Shown here: piece after piece, positions 1 to 7,219 of the stretch
How the letters are laid out: each line of letters opens with the position of its first letter
Numbering within the stretch: the first letter of the stretch is position 1
NCBI GenBank assembly: GCA_964563075.1
Contig: CAZLYG010000001.1
Span: forward strand, 17,749 to 60,861
Direction: 5' to 3'
DNA length: 43,113 bases
From: an uncultured Steroidobacteraceae bacterium
GTDB lineage: Bacteria > Pseudomonadota > Gammaproteobacteria > Steroidobacterales > Steroidobacteraceae
Notes under the pieces: generated by a model
Told to the model about the DNA's origin: nothing
The model's input: the letters and a program-made list of their open reading frames with translations, nothing else
Databases searched by the model: none
Position numbers and translations under genes: made by a program

Positions 1-2144
1 ACCCGCAGATGTCGGGTGAAGCTCAGCTCGCCGAGAATGGCTTTCGCCGTCCAATCACCCGTGGGCGCATCTGGGGCCGTCTTCAGCTCGAACCGATAGA
101 ATCCATCCAGAGGCGTCGTGTTTACCATCGTCTGCGCGAGCCGGCCGCGCGGGTCGTACAGCTCGAGAGTGACGGGATGCCCTGCCGGCAGCGTGCCGCT
201 CTTGTCCTGCAGAACGAATGTCAGGTAAAGGGTATCGCCGGGCCGCCACACGCCCCGCTCGCCGTATAGGAACCCCTTGACTCCCCTGGCCACCGTCTCG
301 CCGCCGACGTCAAAGTGACTGGTCGGCAGCGCAGTCCCCGCATTCACCTTCAGATAGCTGCGCTGTGCCCCTGCCTCAGCCACGATCAGAAACGGGGTAC
401 CCCCGGGGGTCAGCGTGGCCAATCCGGTTGCGTCGGTGCTCGCGGAGGCGAGCGTCTGGTTCTGAAAGTTGCGCACCTCCAGCTTGACGCCTGCGCGGAT
501 AGCCCCCGTGCGCAGATCCGTCGCCGCCAAGAGCAGCCGCCCGTGCTGGTCACGCTTTGCCAGCAGACCGATGTTGGAGGCGATCAGGTTGCGCTGCACG
601 CGCACGTTCTGGCCGTAGATGAAGTAAGCCGTGTAGCAGGGATCGGCACGATGCGCCCACCTCGAGCCCGCATCGTTGAAGAGCTCATCGGCCGAATCCC
701 AGTTGGAGCGCTCTGCCTCATCGCCGTCGTCCTGGTCCTGCAGCGGCCGCTCCGCCGCCGGCGCCTTGTCGGCATCCGGCCCGCATTGATAGGTGGAGTC
801 TGCTGGAGTCAGCTGCAGAGTGAGCTGGAACAACCCGCCGGGATACTCGTGCATCAGCTCGGTGACATCCAGGTCGTAGCGCACCCAGCGCCCGCTCGCA
901 GGCGCTCCCGTCAACGCAACAGTCTTGCGCCACAGAAAGCGACCGACCCGGCTCATCTCCGCATTGCCGTCCAGCTTGTTGACCTGCAGGAACTGCCCCA
1001 TGTTGTCGTCGTATACACGCAGCGCTGTCACGTGGACCGAGCGCGCGTTGACGGCCTCGAACGGCACGGTCAGCGCCTTGCCATCGGGTAGAATGACGCC
1101 GCGACCGACGAACCGCACCTGCGGCTTGAGGCCTGCGAAGGTGAGCGTCTGTTGCACCGTGTGCTCCAGACGATCGCCACGCTCGTTGCGTATGCCCGCC
1201 TCCAGCGTGAAGGTGACATCGCCCTGCGGATCGTCCTGCGGATACGCGATCAGTGTGTTGCCCTGGACGTGCGCCGAGAGGTTGCCGGTGGAGAGATGCA
1301 CCAGCCCGGTGAGATCCTGGGCCGGATCGAGCGCGTCGGAGAAATAGACCACGATCTGACGCCGGCCTTCCTCCTCGAGCACCTGTTCCTGGGTGACCAG
1401 GAATCGCCCTCGTGCCGGCACTTCGACCGTCTGCTCGCCGGTTGTGGCGGGCGCACCGATGGCCTTGCCATTCCACTTGACCAGCACTGACTGCCGCTCG
1501 CGCTGCCGGCGCACGCCGGAGGCGGTGAAATCATGCTTCAGTCCCGCGTGAGTCCACTGCAACGGGAGGCTTTTCCCCTGCAAAGTCACAGTGACGAGCC
1601 GCTCGACGTCCGCGCCTTCTTCGACGTCCGCCGACGTGACACTGCCGTGCAGTCTCATCAGATCGCCGCCGGTGGCCTCGAGCCCACGGAGGTCGACCTG
1701 GAAGTCCGGTGCCAGTACCCGAAACCTGAACTCGTAAGGTGGCAAGTCGGTGCGCACCCCTTGCAGGCCCTGGGGGCGGACTCGCACGACATACACGTGG
1801 CCCGGCTGCAGATCGCTTTTGGGCTCGATGACGATCTCGCGAGCGCCGTCAAAAGCGATCGCCGCCTGCACGGCTGGCTCAATCTGCACGGTGCGGGCCA
1901 GATCGGGATGGCTGCCGCTCGCCGGCGCCACGTCGGTGGCAAAGCGGATACGCACGGCACTCTTGCGCGACACCACACCGGAGGTGTGGCTCGATATCAG
2001 CGCACTCCAGGCCGCCTGCTGCTCAGCCTCCTGGACGGCGGCCCCGCGGCTTCCGCCGCACGAAGCCAGCGCCAGCATGCCGAGGATGCACAGGATGCCG
2101 GCAAAGATCCACTGCAGAAAGCAGAGCCAGCTGCGCCAGGACAT
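1..2144 (-). CDS. alpha-2-macroglobulin family lipoprotein (YfhM/ECAM-like), N-terminal ~714 aa; 3' end lies beyond the left window edge
   Basis: Absent from the ORF track because no stop falls inside the window. My translation of the minus strand from ATG at 2144 reads MSWRSWLCFLQWIFAGILCILGMLALASCGGS (lipobox LASC) and stays open to base 1. The body resembles bacterial A2M N-terminal MG domains (e.g. FLYGERGVWRPGDTLYLTFVLQD). All listed ORFs in 1-2200 look like Arg/Ala-rich shadow frames. Confidence 0.75.
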   Translation of the reverse strand, partial: MSWRSWLCFLQWIFAGILCILGMLALASCGGSRGAAVQEAEQQAAWSALISSHTSGVVSRKSAVRIRFATDVAPASGSHPDLARTVQIEPAVQAAIAFDGAREIVIEPKSDLQPGHVYVVRVRPQGLQGVRTDLPPYEFRFRVLAPDFQVDLRGLEATGGDLMRLHGSVTSADVEEGADVERLVTVTLQGKSLPLQWTHAGLKHDFTASGVRRQRERQSVLVKWNGKAIGAPATTGEQTVEVPARGRFLVTQEQVLEEEGRRQIVVYFSDALDPAQDLTGLVHLSTGNLSAHVQGNTLIAYPQDDPQGDVTFTLEAGIRNERGDRLEHTVQQTLTFAGLKPQVRFVGRGVILPDGKALTVPFEAVNARSVHVTALRVYDDNMGQFLQVNKLDGNAEMSRVGRFLWRKTVALTGAPASGRWVRYDLDVTELMHEYPGGLFQLTLQLTPADSTYQCGPDADKAPAAERPLQDQDDGDEAERSNWDSADELFNDAGSRWAHRADPCYTAYFIYGQNVRVQRNLIASNIGLLAKRDQHGRLLLAATDLRTGAIRAGVKLEVRNFQNQTLASASTDATGLATLTPGGTPFLIVAEAGAQRSYLKVNAGTALPTSHFDVGGETVARGVKGFLYGERGVWRPGDTLYLTFVLQDKSGTLPAGHPVTLELYDPRGRLAQTMVNTTPLDGFYRFELKTAPDAPTGDWTAKAILGELSFTRHLR

Positions 2145-2237
2145 CGACCTTCTCCCGAACAAACGCGACCTGCGTGTTGGGAAGAAGTCTATGCGCCGCG
2201 CGGCTTGTTAGAACGGCGTGGAGAGCTGAACCACTAC

Positions 2238-2255
2238 ATATCACAGTATTGTCAG
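2238..2255 (+). promoter_or_regulatory. Pho-box-like direct repeat ATATCAC-AGTA-TTGTCAG; 14-nt core TCACAGTATTGTCA is identical to the copy at 19711-19724
   Basis: AT-rich 18-mer in the 194-nt gap between the A2M start (2144, minus) and the dgkA stop (2339). It has 7+4+7 direct-repeat geometry with 11-bp periodicity, as in OmpR/PhoB-family operators. Confidence 0.35.
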
Positions 2256-2338
2256 GGAGTGCCCGGATCGCGCCATGATTTGCCAGGATCTTCGGGTGCC
2301 GCCGGTCGCTACGCTGCCTGGTGCGCCCTCAGCCGCGC

Positions 2339-2704
2339 TCAGCGCCAAACGAGGTGCACGATGAGCGCGACCCCAACAGCGAAAGCCCCCAGCGAGGCGA
2401 CCAGCACCCCGGCCGCGGCGCAGTCCTTCACTATCTGAATCTGCAAATGACTCTCAGGATGCAGGTGATCCGCCAGATGCTCGATGGCCGTGTTGAGCAG
2501 CTCCGCCGATATCACCAACCCGCTGCTGAGCGCTACCGCCGCCCACCAGATCGGTTCGGGGCGAAAAATGCATAGCACTGCGACGGCGACGGCGAGCGCC
2601 ACCAGCTGGATGCGCAGGCTGTGCTCCAAGCGCAGCCCAGTGGCAATGCCGGCCCAGGCATACCGCAGCCGGAGCCGGAACGGCTGATTTTTCGGGACCC
2701 GCAT
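2339..2704 (-). CDS. dgkA: diacylglycerol kinase
   Basis: 121 aa, three hydrophobic helices. Conserved DgkA core ...SGLVISAELLNTAIEHLADHLHPE...KDCAAAGVL... Confidence 0.9.
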   Translation of the reverse strand: MRVPKNQPFRLRLRYAWAGIATGLRLEHSLRIQLVALAVAVAVLCIFRPEPIWWAAVALSSGLVISAELLNTAIEHLADHLHPESHLQIQIVKDCAAAGVLVASLGAFAVGVALIVHLVWR

Positions 2705-2814
2705 TGCCCCTTCCGCAAGGCGCGCTGGGAACGCGCGCGCTGGCGGCGGATTCTACGGCAAGCCGGGGGGGCCGGCTCAACCCGCCGGCGCCTCCGGTGG
2801 AATCGCCCTCTTCC

Positions 2815-4407
2815 CTACCGCTGATTCGGGAAGGGCAGCGTGTGGATGTGCTCCTTCTGAACCGCCTGGAGCTCCTGGGGATCGATCCCGAGTGCCTTCA
2901 GGATGGTCGGCGCCACCTGCTGGTTCGAAGTCGCCGTGGAGACCGAGGCTGCGTCCAGGTCCTCGGAAGACACCAGCAATGCCGTGTGCACATCGTCCTC
3001 GTTGAAGCCACCATGCTCGGAGAGCTTGGGGCCTCCAGTGAAGATCACACCGGTGTTGACCTTGAGAATGATGTCCGGCGTGCGCGGGTCAACCTTGGGA
3101 TCGTTGAATTTGTCGATCAGCGAGGCGCCGGAGAAAATCTCCTGGATGCCGAGCGCCTGCTGGTTCGCCGGCGTGCTCAGGTTGGCGACCACGCTGGGGG
3201 CCAGCGACGGGCTGGTCAGCCAGATCAGTGAGCCGTCGTCCGAGATATCGAAAGCGTCTGCCGCGCCAATCGTGGCCCCGGGCTGACCGCCACCGATTCC
3301 GCGACGCTTGGTCACATCGATCGGGGACTGGCCGTGCTTGGCGGCAATGACGATCATCGTCGACTCCCAGAGTCCCTGCCCCTTCAGCTCCGCCACGAAC
3401 TTGCCGAGGGACTGGTCCACGAAGTCGAGCTCGCCCGCCAGGCCGACCCCCGGGGTGCCCATCACGTCCAGGTAGCCGCCCTTGGCGCCCGTCACCGGGT
3501 CGGTGGCGAGCTTCTGCCCGACGCTCACCGCCTGGAAGTTGGTGCCGAACAGGGTCGGTACCCCGACCTTCTTGCTGCGATCGTGATTGTAGCCGTCGAT
3601 CTGGTTGAGCACGGCCTGCACGTGCAGCGAGTCGTAGCACTTGATGTCATCGAAGCTGTTCGTCCAGCCGTCATCGGGAGTCGGATCCTGGAACGGCACG
3701 ACCGCACAGCCGGCGATGCCCGGCAGGGGAACCGGGATGGAGTTGATCTCCGGGCCATAGAAATCATCGACGCCCCGGCCGCTCGGACCGTTGGTCCACT
3801 CATAGGAGGGATGCTTGTCCGTCCAGGCCGTGAGCCCGCCATGGGCCCGCACCACCTCGAAAATCGTATTCACGCGCACGTACTGGTGCGGCATGATGGT
3901 GCGGCAGCCGTTCCGCGGGTCGCGCACCAGGAAGTTCGGGTTGAGACCGCCGCCGCCGTCGAGCCGTGTCAGATCGCGGTCGACCGCCTCGTCCCAGGCG
4001 ACATTGGTGCCGACGGTGCCCGGGCAGGCGCCACCGGGGTTGCCGAGGCCGTCCGTCTGGGCCGGCGGAGACAGCGCACGGTTGTAGGTGTCGTCGTACC
4101 ACAAACCGGTAGTGATGGGGGAGCCGCCCGTCACGAGCGAGGCGAGGCCGGGGAACGAATCGGAAGGAGTGGAGGTAGAGTTGTTGGTGAAGGTCACGCC
4201 GTGCTGAGCGAGCCCGGCCAGAGTCGAGTTGGGATGGGTCGCGACGTAGTTGGAAAGGTCGAGCGCGTGCAGGCCGTCGACACTGATCAGCAATACGTGC
4301 CGCACCGCGTGGCCCATTCCCCCGGAATCATCCTCGTCCGCATGCGCTGTGACTCCCGCACCCAGCAGGACGAGACTCAACGCAGCCGCCGAAAAACGCT
4401 TGAGCAT
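2815..4407 (-). CDS. secreted alkaline-phosphatase-superfamily enzyme, nucleotide pyrophosphatase/phosphodiesterase (NPP)-like
   Basis: Signal peptide MLKRFSAAALSLVLLGAGVTAHA. NPP-type N-terminal metal/nucleophile region VLLISVDGLHALDL ... PSDSFPGLASLVTGG. No N-terminal multi-TM domain. Start placed at the third codon (ATG 4407) because the AAGGGGAG Shine-Dalgarno abuts the first ATG at 4413. Confidence 0.75.
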   Translation of the reverse strand: MLKRFSAAALSLVLLGAGVTAHADEDDSGGMGHAVRHVLLISVDGLHALDLSNYVATHPNSTLAGLAQHGVTFTNNSTSTPSDSFPGLASLVTGGSPITTGLWYDDTYNRALSPPAQTDGLGNPGGACPGTVGTNVAWDEAVDRDLTRLDGGGGLNPNFLVRDPRNGCRTIMPHQYVRVNTIFEVVRAHGGLTAWTDKHPSYEWTNGPSGRGVDDFYGPEINSIPVPLPGIAGCAVVPFQDPTPDDGWTNSFDDIKCYDSLHVQAVLNQIDGYNHDRSKKVGVPTLFGTNFQAVSVGQKLATDPVTGAKGGYLDVMGTPGVGLAGELDFVDQSLGKFVAELKGQGLWESTMIVIAAKHGQSPIDVTKRRGIGGGQPGATIGAADAFDISDDGSLIWLTSPSLAPSVVANLSTPANQQALGIQEIFSGASLIDKFNDPKVDPRTPDIILKVNTGVIFTGGPKLSEHGGFNEDDVHTALLVSSEDLDAASVSTATSNQQVAPTILKALGIDPQELQAVQKEHIHTLPFPNQR

Positions 4408-4475
4408 TTGCATCTCCCCTTCTTACGTGGCCGACGGGCTACGTTAGGGAGCGATTGTTACAGTAGGGAGAAAAC

Positions 4476-6089
4476 GTGAGCTCGAGAGAACGCTCGCTGC
4501 TCCCCTGGCTCATCCTCGCAGCGTTGTGGCTCGCGACTGTGCAGGTGCGGCCGCTGCTGGAACCGGACGAAGGGCGTTACGCGGAGATTCCGCGCGAGAT
4601 GGTGGCGAGTGGCGACTGGGTGACGCCGCGGCTGAACGACTTGAAGTACTTCGAGAAGCCGCCGCTGCAATACTGGATGACCGCCGTTGCGTATCGCGCG
4701 TTCGGCGAGTCTCCCTGGATCTCGCGGCTGTGGTCGTTCGCGTTGGCCTTCGGCTGCCTGCCGCTGGTTTTCGCCTGGACGCGGCGCCAGTACGGCGAGC
4801 GGGCAGGATGGGCCGCCCTGCTCGCCCTCGCGGCCAGTCCCTACTTCGGTATCGTCGGCCACCTCAATCTGCTCGACCCGGGGTTCACATTCTGGCTCAC
4901 CGGCACCGTGCTCGCGTTCCTGCAAGCGCAGACCGCCGCGCCCGGATCGAAGCCGGAGCGCCGGTGGATGCTGATCTGCTGGGTGATGGCGGCACTCGCC
5001 GTACTGAGCAAGGGCATCGTGGTCGGAGTGCTGGCCGGCGGCTCGCTGATCATCTACACGTTGCTGGAGCGTGACGCGCGACCCTGGAAGCGCCTGCACC
5101 TGGCTCTGGGAATTCCTCTGTTCCTGTGTGTGACCGCACCGTGGTTCATCCTCGTGTCCCGGCGCAATCCGGACTTCCTGCAGTTCTTTTTCATTCACGA
5201 GCATTTCGCCCGCTACCTGACCACGGTCCACCAGAGAGTCGAGCCCTGGTGGTACTTCATACCCATCCTCTTCGTCGGGGTACTTCCATGGCTGCCGCCG
5301 TTTGTGCGCGCATGTCGCTCTGCATGGAGCCGTCCCGCCGCGCCCTTCAAGGCACTCAAGTTTCTGCTCATCTACGCCGCGGTCACCTTCGTCTTCTTTT
5401 CGACGTCCGGGTCCAAGCTCGCGCCGTATGTGCTTCCCGTCATACCGGCTCTTGCGGTGGTCGTCGGAGCGCAGTGCTCAGAGGGACCCTGGCTGCTTGC
5501 GCGTACGGCATGGATCGGAGCTGGGCTGCTCCTGTTCGTCGCCGCAGGATGGAACGGCTACTGCTGGCACCGAAATGGTGTCATCCCGTCCGAGGTAGCG
5601 ATCTGGTCCCTCGGAGCGGTAGCAGCAGGTTTAATCGGTGCCCTTGCCACGCGCAGATCGCGAGGAAAGCTGCCGATAGGCCGCGTCTGCACCGTCGCCT
5701 CAGCCGCCATCCTGGGCTGGCAATGTTTGATGGTAGCGTACGCAGCGACTCCTCCGGCTCGCACGTCGCGCGATCTCGTCGCCACCGTCCGGCCCTACGT
5801 GCATCCGGGCACGGCTCTGTACAGCGTGGGACAATTTCGCGAGACGATTCTCCCGTACCTGCGGCGAACGCTGATCGTCGTCGACTATGAAGGCGAGCTG
5901 GAGTTCGGGATGCACGCCGAACCGGGACACAACGCGGCGACGGACAGCGAGTTCATCCAGCAGTGGACGTCCAGCAACGACGCTGTCGCCTTCATCGCTG
6001 CCTCGCAGTGGCCTCGCTATCAGCACAGCGGCCTGCCGGGGCATGTGATCGCGACCGACAGCGAGACGGTCGCCGTCAGCCGCCGCTAG
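4476..6089 (+). CDS. glycosyltransferase family 39, ArnT-like undecaprenyl-phosphate-sugar dependent transferase
   Basis: GTG start 5 nt after GGGAG. N-terminus LLEPDEGRYAEIPREMVASGDWVTPRLNDLKYFEKPPLQYW is the typical GT39/ArnT loop-1 motif. Polytopic membrane body followed by a soluble C-terminal domain. Confidence 0.85.
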   Translation: MSSRERSLLPWLILAALWLATVQVRPLLEPDEGRYAEIPREMVASGDWVTPRLNDLKYFEKPPLQYWMTAVAYRAFGESPWISRLWSFALAFGCLPLVFAWTRRQYGERAGWAALLALAASPYFGIVGHLNLLDPGFTFWLTGTVLAFLQAQTAAPGSKPERRWMLICWVMAALAVLSKGIVVGVLAGGSLIIYTLLERDARPWKRLHLALGIPLFLCVTAPWFILVSRRNPDFLQFFFIHEHFARYLTTVHQRVEPWWYFIPILFVGVLPWLPPFVRACRSAWSRPAAPFKALKFLLIYAAVTFVFFSTSGSKLAPYVLPVIPALAVVVGAQCSEGPWLLARTAWIGAGLLLFVAAGWNGYCWHRNGVIPSEVAIWSLGAVAAGLIGALATRRSRGKLPIGRVCTVASAAILGWQCLMVAYAATPPARTSRDLVATVRPYVHPGTALYSVGQFRETILPYLRRTLIVVDYEGELEFGMHAEPGHNAATDSEFIQQWTSSNDAVAFIAASQWPRYQHSGLPGHVIATDSETVAVSRR

Positions 6090-7199
6090 CGGCGGGCGCC
6101 GCAGCAATCGCGTCGGCGCACGACACGCACTGGCCGGCGCACGACACCGCCGGCGGCTGCACGACACCGCGGGCCGCCGCACGACGCCGCCGGCCGCCGC
6201 CCGCCGCCGCGGCGCTCCTGGGGCCGGCGGCGGCGCCGGCTGAAAAGTCGCCGCCGCCAGATAGATCCGGTGCGTTTTCGGGTCCAGGGCCATGGTGCGT
6301 GCGCTGGGTTGCGTCTTGAGCGTCTGCACGACCGTCAGCTTCGACGGTGAATCTTCGTGTGCGATGGTCACTGTCCCTTCGCCATTGGAGCTGAAAGCCA
6401 GCTGCAGCGCATCATCGAACGCATTGGCATCGACACCCGAGCCGATCGGCACCTGGTCAACGACCTTGCCGGTAGCACTGTCCATCATGAGCATCAGATG
6501 ATTCTCGCAACCGAGAAACAGCCGATGGTGGGCCGCGTCGAATGCCATCCCGGAAGCGCTCTCTCCCGGGGCAATCGGCCATTCGCTCACGACCTGATGC
6601 GACTTCGTGTCGATGGCCACCACTTCGCTCTTGTCCTCGATATTGTCGTACACGCGCCCGGCGCGCGGATCGGCCGCGGGGAATTCCGGCTTGCCGGGCA
6701 GCTTGATTGTGGCCACGACCTGACCTGAGCGCGCCGCGATCACCGTAGCCGCGTGAGCACGGCCATCGAAGGCGTAAACCTCCTCGCGCCCCGGCTCATA
6801 GAGGATGCCGTCAGGCCCCTCCTCCGTGCTTATTTTCGAAGTCGTGGCCAACGTCTTCAGGTCCACGACGCTCACTTTCGCCTCGGCGCCATCGCTGGCA
6901 AAACCGCGGCCGAGCTTCTCCGCCAGCGCAAAGCCATGGACTCCGGGTGTGTCGGCGATATCCCCCACCACGGTGTCGCTGTTGAGGTCCACGACGACGA
7001 TATGCGTGCCGTGCGTGACGTACAGGCGGCGGGCTCCGGAGTCGATCGAAAGGTAGTCCCAGCCGGTGTCCCCGGCTATGGGGATCTCCTTGAGGAAGTG
7101 GTAGCCCGGATCTTTGTCGGCCGCCCGGGCGGCGCCTGCTGCGGCGAGCGCGGCCAGCAACGTCAAGGGTCCGATCAGCCCAGCACGATACGCCTTCAT
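5700..7199 (-). CDS. periplasmic YncE/YVTN-family beta-propeller protein; the 3' end as read is suspect
   Basis: Start at residue 159 of ORF 5700..7673 (MKAYRAGLIGPLTLLAALAAAGAARA signal peptide, GGAGGG 9 nt upstream). Propeller body: RLYVTHGTHIVVVDLNSDTVVG..., RVYDNIEDKSEVVAIDTKSH..., HRIYLAAATF. After about 6240 the frame becomes Arg/Ala/Pro junk and is antisense to the GT39 C-terminus (5700-6089). The true stop is probably near 6076-6240. Confidence 0.7.
   Translation of the reverse strand: MKAYRAGLIGPLTLLAALAAAGAARAADKDPGYHFLKEIPIAGDTGWDYLSIDSGARRLYVTHGTHIVVVDLNSDTVVGDIADTPGVHGFALAEKLGRGFASDGAEAKVSVVDLKTLATTSKISTEEGPDGILYEPGREEVYAFDGRAHAATVIAARSGQVVATIKLPGKPEFPAADPRAGRVYDNIEDKSEVVAIDTKSHQVVSEWPIAPGESASGMAFDAAHHRLFLGCENHLMLMMDSATGKVVDQVPIGSGVDANAFDDALQLAFSSNGEGTVTIAHEDSPSKLTVVQTLKTQPSARTMALDPKTHRIYLAAATFQPAPPPAPGAPRRRAAAGGVVRRPAVSCSRRRCRAPASACRAPTRLLRRPPLAAADGDRLAVGRDHMPRQAAVLIARPLRGSDEGDSVVAGRPLLDELAVRRRVVSRFGVHPELQLAFIVDDDQRSPQVRENRLAKLSHAVQSRARMHVGPDGGDEIARRASRRSRCVRYHQTLPAQDGG
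6112..6195. repeat. four imperfect tandem repeats of 20-21 nt, core GCACGAC(A/G)C
   Basis: The core recurs at about 6118, 6139, 6159 and 6179 (periods 21, 20, 20), between the well-conserved end of the beta-propeller and the GT39 stop. The period is not a multiple of 3. Confidence 0.6.
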
Positions 7200-7219
7200 G
7201 CACATACACCCTCCATTCA

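Noticed and set aside
2815-4407. Interpreting the AP-superfamily protein next to dgkA as an EptA/MCR-type phosphoethanolamine transferase
   Set aside because: Those enzymes have a five-helix N-terminal membrane domain. This protein has only a cleavable signal peptide and NPP-type motifs.
4442-4450. 9-mer CGTTAGGGA shared between the 4414-4475 spacer and the regulator upstream region (about 14736-14744)
   Set aside because: An exact 9-mer match on either strand in 43 kb is expected by chance at a frequency of roughly one in three. There is no flanking similarity or symmetry.
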